IMG/VR virus record: IMGVR_UViG_3300029318_000006 | Coordinates: 1 to 57,324 of that record | Direction: 5' to 3' (one strand) | DNA from: a virus | Taxonomy: Duplodnaviria; Caudoviricetes | DNA: 57,324 nt | Shown: in pieces, positions 37,871 to 46,038 of the stretch | Numbering within the stretch: position 1 is the first letter of the stretch | How the letters are laid out: each line of letters begins with the position of its first letter | The notes under the pieces: model-generated | What the model was told of the DNA's origin: nothing | Databases searched by the model: none | What the model saw: only the letters and a program-made list of their open reading frames with translations | Program-made: the position numbers and the translations under genes

Positions 37871-37970
37871 TTGATTGTATTAAATTGTAGTATTCATAGT
37901 CATAAAAATCTTGACTATTCATTATAATTAAATTTTCGAATTCTCTTTTACTTTGTCCCATTTTAGTTTG

Positions 37971-38002
37971 CTAATATAATATTTGTCAATGAAATATCCA
38001 AA
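37971..38002 (-). promoter_or_regulatory. Leftward promoter TTTG-N20-TATATTAG(C)
   Basis: -33 TTTG plus a variant -7 element at Bacteroidota spacing. Confidence 0.55.
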
Positions 38003-38003
38003 T

Positions 38004-38144
38004 TTAGTCAGACATTTTATCTAAAAATATTTGTAATCTTCTGATTTTTTGTTGGTTAGGTCTATTTTTTAATTTTTCTTTTAAAATTAAGTCAGTTACC
38101 CAATTTACTTTGCCTCCCATTGTGGTGTTGCTTTCGTATTCCAT
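38004..38144 (-). CDS. Hypothetical protein, 46 aa
   Basis: MEYESNTTMGGKVNWVTDLILKEK... Confidence 0.45.
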   Translation of the reverse strand: MEYESNTTMGGKVNWVTDLILKEKLKNRPNQQKIRRLQIFLDKMSD

Positions 38145-38242
38145 TTTTTTATAATTTGTTCATTAGTTGAATCGTCAATATAATAAATATATCCATTCAA
38201 TTCAACATACAAACTTTCTTTTGATCTTACATCTATTTTCAT
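38105..38242 (-). CDS. Hypothetical protein, 45 aa
   Basis: MKIDVRSKESLYVELNGYIYYIDDSTNEQII... Confidence 0.55.
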   Translation of the reverse strand: MKIDVRSKESLYVELNGYIYYIDDSTNEQIIKKWNTKATPQWEAK

Positions 38243-38263
38243 AATTTATGTTTTAACTGTTAA

Positions 38264-38366
38264 AAAGTGGTCAGAAAGTGGTCGGACTGTAAAAAAGTGT
38301 ACAAAAAGTGATCTATTTTTAAATAAATAGTTTGGGTTAGCCCAAACCACCCCAAACAACCCAAAC
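38264..38366. repeat. Intergenic repeat cluster (AAAGTG x4; CCCAAAC x3 plus an inverted copy)
   Basis: AAAGTG at 38264/38275/38294/38305; GTTTGGG at 38330; CCCAAAC at 38341/38351/38360. Confidence 0.7.
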
Positions 38367-38367
38367 T

Positions 38368-39036
38368 TTATTTCAATACTTCTATACATAGTTCGTGAGG
38401 GATTTTACTTCTTTCGTGGTTTCCTTTTAATTTTTGTGTACCTCCATTTTGAGTGCCTCTTGGTGAGGCATCGTGATGGCAATGTCTATCTATAACCTCT
38501 CCTTCAGGGTTAGAGCTGTAGTCATATTTAAAAGGTTTACACATTGGTTTAGGTTGCCAATTTAAGTTGTTGGTCCATATATCCGTTGGTTTCATTCTAG
38601 TATCTCCATACTTACAATAACTTACTGTGTGTCTTATGTGTTTTATTTCATCCCAATGAGGAGCTTTTCTCATCTTACCTCTTGGATTCTCTATATACCA
38701 TATTAAATTAGGATTAATACTTTTATATAAGTTTATTATATATAAAGTTGCTTCTAATAATTCTATTCCTAGTTGTGCAGAAGGAGTTTTAGGAGTAAAT
38801 ACTTCACCTTGCACCCAATTTCTACCTATACAAGCTACTGAGAACCCTGTACAAGGTGGACTTGCCCATAGAATATCAGGAACAAAAGGAACTTTATCTA
38901 CATCAAAATCCCTTATGTCTATAACATAGTCTATACCTGGGAAAGGATTTATGTCTGAAGAATAAACTTCATAACCTAACTCTTCACAAGCCTTACCCAC
39001 ACTTCGTGATCCTGCAAATAATTCTAATACTTTCAT
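38368..39036 (-). CDS. C5-cytosine DNA methyltransferase (short form)
   Basis: Motif I LELFAG, motif IV WASPPC, motif VI IENP. Confidence 0.85.
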   Translation of the reverse strand: MKVLELFAGSRSVGKACEELGYEVYSSDINPFPGIDYVIDIRDFDVDKVPFVPDILWASPPCTGFSVACIGRNWVQGEVFTPKTPSAQLGIELLEATLYIINLYKSINPNLIWYIENPRGKMRKAPHWDEIKHIRHTVSYCKYGDTRMKPTDIWTNNLNWQPKPMCKPFKYDYSSNPEGEVIDRHCHHDASPRGTQNGGTQKLKGNHERSKIPHELCIEVLK

Positions 39037-39338
39037 ATTGTTAATCTTTCTTCTAGTTCGTTTATTAAGTCTAAGTCTTCAATCAAGTCTTCACTTACAT
39101 ATACCTCAATGAATTCTTCACCAGCTATAAAGTCATCTACTAATATCTCAACTAAATTCTCTTGGTACATAAAGACATTTTCTTCATTGTCCATATTTTT
39201 TACGTGACCATTTTTATCTGTCCAACCTAATATATATATCTCATAACCATCTGCTGTCTCTGAGGTATACATTACTACATCTGGAGTTCCTACCCATTCG
39301 TCGGTAAGCTCCACATAATCTGCTATTATTTTTCTCAT
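39033..39338 (-). CDS. Acidic hypothetical protein
   Basis: 101 aa, very D/E-rich. Confidence 0.65.
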   Translation of the reverse strand: MRKIIADYVELTDEWVGTPDVVMYTSETADGYEIYILGWTDKNGHVKNMDNEENVFMYQENLVEILVDDFIAGEEFIEVYVSEDLIEDLDLINELEERLTI

Positions 39339-39622
39339 ATCAATTCAAGTTTATTTAATAATTCTTTAGATTTGTACTTTAACATATGCTCTCCGTGATT
39401 ATTCATTAGCATTCTATGTAGTATGGTATTAACCTTGTTAATACCGTCTACGTGAAACTCTGCACCTTCATTAGTGCTATATTCTTTAAAGTCATAAAAT
39501 ATATTTCCTCCATACTTATCGGATATATTTTTTACATCATCGGTGAAACTGTCCACTATGTCTTTAAGTTCTTTACTTATTTTTTGTTTGAGTGCTTTCT
39601 CAATTGCGTTTGTATCTTTCAT
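39335..39622 (-). CDS. Hypothetical protein
   Basis: 95-aa ORF with A-rich start context. Confidence 0.65.
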   Translation of the reverse strand: MKDTNAIEKALKQKISKELKDIVDSFTDDVKNISDKYGGNIFYDFKEYSTNEGAEFHVDGINKVNTILHRMLMNNHGEHMLKYKSKELLNKLELI

Positions 39623-39638
39623 TTTATTTTATTTTAGT

Positions 39639-39728
39639 TTAGTATTCTCTTGGTTCTGTGTGTTCTCCACACTCGGTGCATATATCTGTCCATTTTATTT
39701 CTGCACCACAACATTCTGATTCTTCCAT
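39639..39728 (-). CDS. Tiny Zn-ribbon peptide, 29 aa
   Basis: MEESECCGAEIKWTDICTECGEHTEPREY. Confidence 0.55.
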   Translation of the reverse strand: MEESECCGAEIKWTDICTECGEHTEPREY

Positions 39729-39733
39729 TTTAT

Positions 39734-39898
39734 TTATTTTAATTTATGATTATACTTAAGTAGCAACTCTCTTTTTAGTGGGTCTACCTTTCCATAAAGT
39801 ATGGCATCCCTGCAAATTTCATTTCTAAGATCTGTTACTCTTTTTTCTACATATCTTTTATGTAGTAAACATCTATTGTATTTTTTAAAATATTTCAT
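39734..39898 (-). CDS. Hypothetical protein
   Basis: Likely start MKYFKKYN at 39898. Confidence 0.5.
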   Translation of the reverse strand: MKYFKKYNRCLLHKRYVEKRVTDLRNEICRDAILYGKVDPLKRELLLKYNHKLK

Positions 39899-40118
39899 CT
39901 CTTTCTTTTTGGTCTGCATACTCGCAGGATTCATTATACATATTTATATTATTGGTTTCTAAGTAATCAGCAAAGTTGTTAAACCATTCTAATTCCTTTA
40001 TTAATCTTTCCATTTTAGTTCTATCTATTTCTTTCATATCGCTGTCATTATAAGCATAACTCCAATTAAGGCACATATGCAAAACATTATTAATAATCTC
40101 TCTTTCATATCTCTGCAT
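39885..40118 (-). CDS. Hypothetical protein
   Basis: Likely start MQRYERE. Confidence 0.5.
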   Translation of the reverse strand: MQRYEREIINNVLHMCLNWSYAYNDSDMKEIDRTKMERLIKELEWFNNFADYLETNNINMYNESCEYADQKERDEIF

Positions 40119-40464
40119 CAAATCTACATTCATCACAGTCTGGATTGTCGTCAAAGAATTCTTTTAACTGCATCCCTATCTCATAATCTGCATACTCTGA
40201 CAAATCCTTTTCACTCACACCAAACTCCTTTTTGATTTCATCATTGTATCCTCCCTCTTGATTGAACATTTTATCTACCTTTTCAATAGATGATTTGTCT
40301 ATACTGTCAAGCTCTGCACATATCTCGGCATAACTATCTCTATACACTACATAATTTATGTAGTTTGATTGTTCTTCGACTGCACCAAATCTTTCGTGTG
40401 CATCGCTACCTTGAATGGCAAACATAAATTTACCATTCACATCTCCATTATAATATCTTCCCAT
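40105..40464 (-). CDS. Conserved early phage protein (MGRYYNGD..GKF.F family)
   Basis: MGRYYNGDVNGKFMFAIQGSDAHERFG...CRFDAEI. Confidence 0.7.
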   Translation of the reverse strand: MGRYYNGDVNGKFMFAIQGSDAHERFGAVEEQSNYINYVVYRDSYAEICAELDSIDKSSIEKVDKMFNQEGGYNDEIKKEFGVSEKDLSEYADYEIGMQLKEFFDDNPDCDECRFDAEI

Positions 40465-40675
40465 AATTTCTATTGTTTTTTAAGTTAAATTTTTGACAGA
40501 ATTCTTCTGCTTTTTCTTTTGTTTCAAAATAACTCCAATCTGAGCCACTTTCTAAAAAATTATTATTTAAATCATACACATCAAGACAAACTCCATAAGG
40601 CGAATCTCCATACTGCTTATCACCAACCATATCAAAGTCAGGGACTCTTACTGCTTTTAATTTATATTTACTCAT
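40448..40675 (-). CDS. Hypothetical protein
   Basis: 75-aa overlapping ORF. Confidence 0.6.
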   Translation of the reverse strand: MSKYKLKAVRVPDFDMVGDKQYGDSPYGVCLDVYDLNNNFLESGSDWSYFETKEKAEEFCQKFNLKNNRNYGKIL

Positions 40676-40902
40676 AATCCTAAGTCTAGTTTATATTCAT
40701 TTGAAATTTCATTAATTGTTTGAAATATTTGCTCAGTTATCCATTCATTTGTTAAAGAACTGTTTAATATTTTCTGAGCTTCTTCTGGCTCACAATTATA
40801 CTTTTGAAATACATCGTTTACGTGCCATAAGTTTTCAGTGTAATAACCTCTTAATTCTAGTTCATTTCTCAAGTCTTCACTTGATATATTTTTTAAATCC
40901 AT
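40672..40902 (-). CDS. Hypothetical protein
   Basis: ELRGYYTENLWHVNDV. Confidence 0.65.
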   Translation of the reverse strand: MDLKNISSEDLRNELELRGYYTENLWHVNDVFQKYNCEPEEAQKILNSSLTNEWITEQIFQTINEISNEYKLDLGL

Positions 40903-40903
40903 T

Positions 40904-41056
40904 TTAATTTAATTTAAGTTTATATTCATTTGCTACTTTCTTAAGTAGTATTTCAACTGCCCATTTTTGATCCCTTGACATATCTTCAATAAATCCTTGT
41001 CCATATAGATATTCAATGGCATCTAGGCATTCTTCTTTTGTTACTCTATTTATCAT
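40904..41056 (-). CDS. Hypothetical protein, 50 aa
   Basis: MINRVTKEECLDAIEYL...; AATCAA-ATG start. Confidence 0.55.
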   Translation of the reverse strand: MINRVTKEECLDAIEYLYGQGFIEDMSRDQKWAVEILLKKVANEYKLKLN

Positions 41057-41072
41057 TTGATTTTATTTTAAT

Positions 41073-41786
41073 TTATATTACAAATCCCGTTGTGTCTTTT
41101 TTAGCATCTCCTTTGGCTTTTAATCCCAATACAACATTTTTATATTTAGTCATCTCTAAATCTGTTTTGTCTCCATCTACTACCCTATAACCTTTGTATG
41201 TTTTGGGTAAATCCTTAAATACTATGGCAACATTACCACCCATTTCAAGAGCTTCCATCACATCTTGCTCATTATCTTCTTTCCTGGATAGTGTTAGATG
41301 GTATCTTGTTCCAAGATATTTTTTAACTTTTCCAATAATAGCAGTATAATCATAGACAATAATATTTTTGTAAGTATCATCATTTAATAAGTCTAAATCA
41401 CAATACTTTTTAAGTTGATAAACAAAATCAACATCACTCAATGTATTTAACCTAAGGGCAAATTTTTCGTTTGTGATTGTGGATTTTAAAGCTATTTTAT
41501 TTATTTCTTTTGCTAGTTGATCCATAAACTTTTGTTTGTCAAATAAATAATAATTCGTTTTATTTATTCGTGCTTGCTGTACGTTGGTAAACTTTCCACG
41601 TCCAGCAGTAAACAAACAAGCTAATGCACATCCTTTAGATGCTTTTGGGCATAGGTTTATACCTTTTGCATTTTGTGTGTGTGGAGCAAGAGACAAGTTG
41701 AATGTCGTGATTTCATTCTTATTTATCTTTGCGTTACCTCCTTTGGATAGGAGATTTTTTACGTCTTTATATTGTTGGATTTCCAT
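41073..41786 (-). CDS. Gp88-like protein with Cys cluster
   Basis: NLCPKASKGCALACL, RLNTLSD, YDYT, VDGDKTD...VLGLKAKG. Confidence 0.7.
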   Translation of the reverse strand: MEIQQYKDVKNLLSKGGNAKINKNEITTFNLSLAPHTQNAKGINLCPKASKGCALACLFTAGRGKFTNVQQARINKTNYYLFDKQKFMDQLAKEINKIALKSTITNEKFALRLNTLSDVDFVYQLKKYCDLDLLNDDTYKNIIVYDYTAIIGKVKKYLGTRYHLTLSRKEDNEQDVMEALEMGGNVAIVFKDLPKTYKGYRVVDGDKTDLEMTKYKNVVLGLKAKGDAKKDTTGFVI

Positions 41787-41956
41787 TTGATTTGATTTTT
41801 AATTAATACCTCTCTTTTAAACCATCTCTCAGACTCTAGTAATTGATTCATTGTAAAACCATTTAGTCTGTCGGTTGAATAATGCATTTTTGCAACTTCT
41901 TTATTAAATAGCTTGCCTGCTAAATGCTGTACATTTTGTATTATATTTGATTTCAT
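41759..41956 (-). CDS. Hypothetical protein
   Basis: 65 aa, just downstream of a promoter-like motif. Confidence 0.55.
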   Translation of the reverse strand: MKSNIIQNVQHLAGKLFNKEVAKMHYSTDRLNGFTMNQLLESERWFKREVLIKNQIKWKSNNIKT

Positions 41957-41966
41957 AATTTATTAA

Positions 41967-41983
41967 TTTCGTCAGCTAATATA
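41967..41983 (-). promoter_or_regulatory. Leftward promoter-like TATATTAGCTGACGAAA
   Basis: 13-mer TTAGCTGACGAAA is identical to the one at 43475-43487. Confidence 0.55.
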
Positions 41984-41993
41984 GTAAAATTTT

Positions 41994-42212
41994 TTATATA
42001 GTATCTAGAGCTTTTAATTCTTTTACTCTGTGATGTATCCAACTATGTTCGAACCACACTTCAACAACTGTCCATATTTCCAGCTTTTCAGCTGCTTTCA
42101 GATCTGCTTCCTCAAAAGTTTTGAATTTAGCTGTTTTATTTCCTTTCCCTTTCATTGTGTTGAGTGTATGCTCATCTAACACAATGTATAATTTAGTTTC
42201 TAATTTTTTCAT
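41994..42212 (-). CDS. Hypothetical protein
   Basis: 72-aa ORF. Confidence 0.6.
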   Translation of the reverse strand: MKKLETKLYIVLDEHTLNTMKGKGNKTAKFKTFEEADLKAAEKLEIWTVVEVWFEHSWIHHRVKELKALDTI

Positions 42213-42228
42213 TTGTTTTTAAGTTTAA

Positions 42229-42369
42229 TTATTTATATTCTTTTAAAGTTCCTTTGTCATTTGATTTCATAAACTCTGTTCCAAAAGCTAATTCAAATAG
42301 TCTTTTTTCTTCTTGTTTAGTTATTGTTTTATTTATGAGTTTGGTATATAGTAAATTATATTCTTTCAT
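42229..42369 (-). CDS. Hypothetical protein, 46 aa
   Basis: MKEYNLLYTKLINKTITKQEEKRLFELAFG... Confidence 0.55.
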   Translation of the reverse strand: MKEYNLLYTKLINKTITKQEEKRLFELAFGTEFMKSNDKGTLKEYK

Positions 42370-42389
42370 TTGTATTTAATTTAATTAAT

Positions 42390-42413
42390 AAAAAAGGGAG
42401 CTCTTTGCTCCCT
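42390..42413 (-). terminator. Rho-independent terminator
   Basis: Minus strand GGGAGC-AAAGA-GCTCCC followed by TTTTTT. Confidence 0.8.
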
Positions 42414-42431
42414 AGTTGTTTAAGTTGGGTT

Positions 42432-42827
42432 TTATTTTGCTAACTCTTTTAATAATTCAGCCGTTGTAATTTCTTCGTCTTGTCCCATTGTGCAAACTAA
42501 ATCTTTGATAAATTCGCCCATAAAAGAAGAAAATTTAGTTTTGCTTTTCTCATTGTTTACTAAAGTTAGTTTAACTCCGAATTGTTCACCATTTAAGGAA
42601 ATTCCGTTAAATGATTTGATTTCTTTGTTATCCTGCAAAAATTGAACATCAAATTTTCGAGCAAATTTAAAACCGATTTTTTGATTGTATTTTCTCATTA
42701 AAGTAATAAATTTTACTACTTTGTTTGACAATGTGCCTGCAATTAAATTAATGTTTTTTTCATTCGTGTTAATGTCGATTTCAAAACTGTTGTTATCAAC
42801 ATCGGTAAAAATTAAAGTATATTTCAT
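42432..42827 (-). CDS. Early hypothetical protein
   Basis: 131 aa, followed by a terminator. Confidence 0.7.
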   Translation of the reverse strand: MKYTLIFTDVDNNSFEIDINTNEKNINLIAGTLSNKVVKFITLMRKYNQKIGFKFARKFDVQFLQDNKEIKSFNGISLNGEQFGVKLTLVNNEKSKTKFSSFMGEFIKDLVCTMGQDEEITTAELLKELAK

Positions 42828-42958
42828 TTTTGTGTTTTTTTAATAGTTATACAAGGACAATTTAAATTGTTTCTGCTTATTAGCTTTGTTCAACTTGCAA
42901 TAAACTATTATTTGCGTATCCGTTTTGCGTGTGGTCTCCACGTGTTTAAATATGTGTT

Positions 42959-43147
42959 TTATCTTCTTTTGGCTCTCCTTCTGTCTCTTTGCTTTTCGGC
43001 TCTATCTGCTTTAAATATAGCCGTATCAATGTTTTTTATTTGGTTATCTATAATAGTTTGAATACGTACAATTTTAGAGCCTTTCTTATGCTTGTTAGCT
43101 ATATTAGGTTTAATACCGTGTTGCTTATTGTCTTTAATTCTTATCAT
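42959..43147 (-). CDS. Basic early hypothetical protein
   Basis: 62 aa, R/K-rich C-terminus. Confidence 0.55.
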   Translation of the reverse strand: MIRIKDNKQHGIKPNIANKHKKGSKIVRIQTIIDNQIKNIDTAIFKADRAEKQRDRRRAKRR

Positions 43148-43157
43148 AATCTAGTTT

Positions 43158-43185
43158 TAAATGGGGCTAATTAAAGCCCCGTTTT
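43158..43185. terminator. Intergenic hairpin (terminator or processing site)
   Basis: AAATGGGGCT-AATTAA-AGCCCCGTTT. Confidence 0.55.
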
Positions 43186-43191
43186 AATATT

Positions 43192-43434
43192 TTAACTGTT
43201 TCTAAATATGTTTAAAAATCTTTTTAAAGTTCTAATATTTTCTTCTAATATGTCAACATCTATCATAATTTTATTATCTCTTATAAAGTTATCGTTGAAG
43301 TCTGTTAATTCTTCAATTGAAATTTTCCCTTTTATTATTTGTAAACTTACTTCAATCTCTTTTAACTCTGTTTTGACTTCATTAAATAAAGCCTTTCTAA
43401 GTTTTATATTTTCTAAATCTTTTGATACATTCAT
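43192..43434 (-). CDS. First early gene, hypothetical
   Basis: 80 aa, immediately downstream of the leftward promoter. Confidence 0.6.
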   Translation of the reverse strand: MNVSKDLENIKLRKALFNEVKTELKEIEVSLQIIKGKISIEELTDFNDNFIRDNKIMIDVDILEENIRTLKRFLNIFRNS

Positions 43435-43474
43435 AATTTTAAATTTAAGTTTAATTGTATTATTTATTTATTGT

Positions 43475-43514
43475 TTTCGTCAGCTAAGTAAAAACAAGTA
43501 AATGAGACTACAAA
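43475..43514 (-). promoter_or_regulatory. Leftward early promoter TTTG-N19-TTACTTAG(CTGACG)
   Basis: -33 TTTG at 43511-43514, variant -7 element at 43484-43491. Confidence 0.5.
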
Positions 43515-43540
43515 ATCTGTTTAACTTTTAAAATCTTGGA

Positions 43541-43641
43541 TTAACAGAGGAGCTCCAGAGGAGAAAAAAACTTTAGCAACGTTAAACAAAAACTATTACT
43601 TTTTACACCATTTTAACAGAGGACAAACAGAGGAAAAAAAA
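43541..43641. repeat. Two pairs of CAGAGGA direct repeats
   Basis: CAGAGGA at 43545/43556 and 43617/43628; each pair is preceded by TTAA and followed by an A-run. Confidence 0.75.
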
Positions 43642-43762
43642 TATTTTTATTTATTTGGTCTAAATGGGGTTAGGGTTTTATTCCCTTTGTAAGGGTGTTT
43701 AAATACTTTTAACCATTTATAAACGTTTTAAAACGGATAATTTAAGTTGAAAAAATTACATT

Positions 43763-43968
43763 ACGCAGGCGCAGACGCACGCACGTAGGCGCATACTGGC
43801 GCGCGCGCGATCGCCCAGGCGCGTACACGTAGGCGCGTACACGTAGGCAACCACTACCACAAAAACGGCAAAAAATCCACAAGCAACGACCAAAACAACA
43901 CCCCACACCCCAAAAAAAATATCACTTTTCTATGCGCGCGTGTGTGTGTATAATAGTATATAGCCCCC
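43763..43968. repeat. GC-rich island with 14-bp tandem repeat and alternating purine/pyrimidine tracts (candidate genome end/packaging site)
   Basis: AGGCGCGTACACGT x2 (43817-43844), GCGCGCGCGCG (43799-43809), TATGCGCGCGTGTGTGTGTATA (43931-43952), TATATAGCCCCC. Confidence 0.65.
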
Positions 43969-44092
43969 AACTTATATATATTTCGTAAATTTATTTGGCT
44001 GTGTTACCAGTCTAAACACCGATTGTATTATGTTGTTATTAGTGAAAAGTTACGATGGTTAAAGCCCAGATATAACAACGATCGGTTAAATA

Positions 44093-44378
44093 TGACGATT
44101 ATCGTCAAAATTATGACGGAAATCTGACGAACCTTTACTTTATATAATTTACTCTAACTTACTGTAAATCAACTATATATTATTAATAGCTGACGATTTT
44201 GACGATTTTTAGTATAAAAAAAATAAAAAAGTAAATAAAGAAAAAGAAGAAAGTATATAGTGCTGATTTTTTGAGAAAAAACCGTCAAACCGTCAAACTA
44301 CTTGATAATCAGGCAGTTAGCTAAAAACAAACCGTCAGGTTATTTCTAACTTATTGATAATCAAATAGTTGTGCGTCA
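44093..44378. repeat. Origin-like element B: TGACG iterons, A-rich spacer, CGTCA, IHF-like sites
   Basis: TGACG at 44093, 44114, 44125, 44191, 44200; CGTCA at 44103, 44283, 44291, 44333, 44374; TAACTTATTGATAATCAAATAGTTG at 44347-44371. Confidence 0.7.
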
Positions 44379-44401
44379 AAACAATAAAAAAAATTAGTTT
44401 A

Positions 44402-44432
44402 TTTGTATGACTTAAAATAATTTATATATTTG
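44402..44432 (+). promoter_or_regulatory. Full consensus Bacteroidota promoter TTTG-N19-TATATTTG for groEL
   Basis: -33 element at 44402-44405, -7 element at 44425-44432. Confidence 0.75.
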
Positions 44433-44448
44433 GAGAAAATTTAATCTA

Positions 44449-46038
44449 ATGTCATACAATCCAAAAGAGCTCGTCTTGCACGAGCAAGCCAGAACTAAAC
44501 TAAAAGCTGGCATCAATAAAATTAGCGAAGCGGTAAAGAGCACGCTAGGTCCAGGCGGAAACACAGTCGTTATTGAATCACCAGCCCACACCCACGGAAT
44601 CACAGTTACCAAAGATGGTGTTACAGTAGCTAAGGCAGTTCAGTTACTTGATCCAGTAGAGAACCTTGCAGTTCAAATGCTTAGAGAGTCATCTCAAAAC
44701 ACTGCGAATGTAGCAGGAGACGGAACAACAACAGCTATTGTTTTGGCTGAATCCATAGTAAAAGAAGGGTTAAAACACTTAGATGAAAATAACATTAGTT
44801 CTAACAAATACATCAAGTCAATTAATGAATATACTAGAAGAGTTATTCAAAACTTAGAAGCAACGTCTAAAAAGTTATCTAAGAGAGGTTTGTTAGACGT
44901 GGCTACTATATCGGCAAATAACGATAAAGAGCTAGGAAAAATAATTGCAGATACTTATTTAGAGGTAGGTACTGATGGCGTGGTTACGGTAGAGAATTCT
45001 CAGAATGACCAAACCTTTAGTGAGGTTCATAAAGGTATTCAATTAAAGAGAGGGTGGGGCGCTAACTCTTTCGTGAATAACCAAAAAAAGGATGAGTGCA
45101 TATTGGACGATTGTTATGTACTTTTATCGGACCACGTTATTAGTAACGTACTTCAAATTGAGAACGTACTAAAACCAATTATCAATGGTGGACACAAACT
45201 ACTGATCATTGCTTCGTGCAGTGCGAATGTAATGAACACACTATCGGCTAATGTAGTTAGAAACGGATTGAAGCTGTGTCAAATTGAGCCACCACAGTTT
45301 GGTTACAAACGACACGAGCTAATGAATGACATAGCAGTAGCAACTGGTGGTAAGTATTTCGCTGAAGAAACTGGTGATGACCTCAACCTAATTAGAATGG
45401 AGGATTTAGGCAAGGTAGATAAGGTGGTAGTAGGTAGAGATGAAACCATTATGTTAGGTGGTCACGGTGATGAAGAGATAATTAAAGAAAGAGTAAAAGA
45501 GTTAAAAGTTCAAAAGGACAATACCAAGTCTAAGCCAGATGTAGTATTTATGAGTGAGCGAATAGCTTGTTTGAATGGAGCTATTGGCGTAATATATGTT
45601 GGTGGCAACTCAGACATTGAGCAGAAGGAAAAGTACGATAGGGTAGATGATGCGGTTTGTGCAGTTCGTTCAGCACTAGACGAAGGTATACTTCCTGGCG
45701 GTGGTGTGACATTATGGAGAGAAGGCCACAAACTATTAGATGGAGATGACCAGTTGGCTGGAGAAAACTTATCTGAGTCTATGAAAGCTCCTTTTAGAAC
45801 TATTATGAAAAATGCTGGACTGTCTGAAGGAGATGTTATGGAGATAGAGGGATTGGTAAGCAACACAGACTCAAAGATGGGCTACGATGTGAAGGATGGT
45901 ATGTTTGGAGATATGTACAAGATGGGAATATTAGACCCATTGAAAGTAACTAAGAACGCACTTAAGAACGCAGTGTCAGTAGCAACAACCATATTAAGTA
46001 CTAACGCCATCATTACAATGGCACGAGAAATAAAATAA
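44449..46038 (+). CDS. groEL: Phage chaperonin GroEL (Cpn60)
   Basis: STLGPGG, TKDGVTVA, AGDGTTT, GILPGGG, GILDPLKV; lacks the GGM tail. Confidence 0.95.
   Translation: MSYNPKELVLHEQARTKLKAGINKISEAVKSTLGPGGNTVVIESPAHTHGITVTKDGVTVAKAVQLLDPVENLAVQMLRESSQNTANVAGDGTTTAIVLAESIVKEGLKHLDENNISSNKYIKSINEYTRRVIQNLEATSKKLSKRGLLDVATISANNDKELGKIIADTYLEVGTDGVVTVENSQNDQTFSEVHKGIQLKRGWGANSFVNNQKKDECILDDCYVLLSDHVISNVLQIENVLKPIINGGHKLLIIASCSANVMNTLSANVVRNGLKLCQIEPPQFGYKRHELMNDIAVATGGKYFAEETGDDLNLIRMEDLGKVDKVVVGRDETIMLGGHGDEEIIKERVKELKVQKDNTKSKPDVVFMSERIACLNGAIGVIYVGGNSDIEQKEKYDRVDDAVCAVRSALDEGILPGGGVTLWREGHKLLDGDDQLAGENLSESMKAPFRTIMKNAGLSEGDVMEIEGLVSNTDSKMGYDVKDGMFGDMYKMGILDPLKVTKNALKNAVSVATTILSTNAIITMAREIK

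Noticed and set aside
42905-42950. GC-richer patch with a small GTGG/CCAC hairpin as ncRNA or tRNA fragment
   Set aside because: Only a 4-5 bp stem and no cloverleaf; insufficient support.
43541-44378. CRISPR mini-array
   Set aside because: Repeats are 5-14 bp with no regular 30-40 bp unique spacers, and there are no cas genes.
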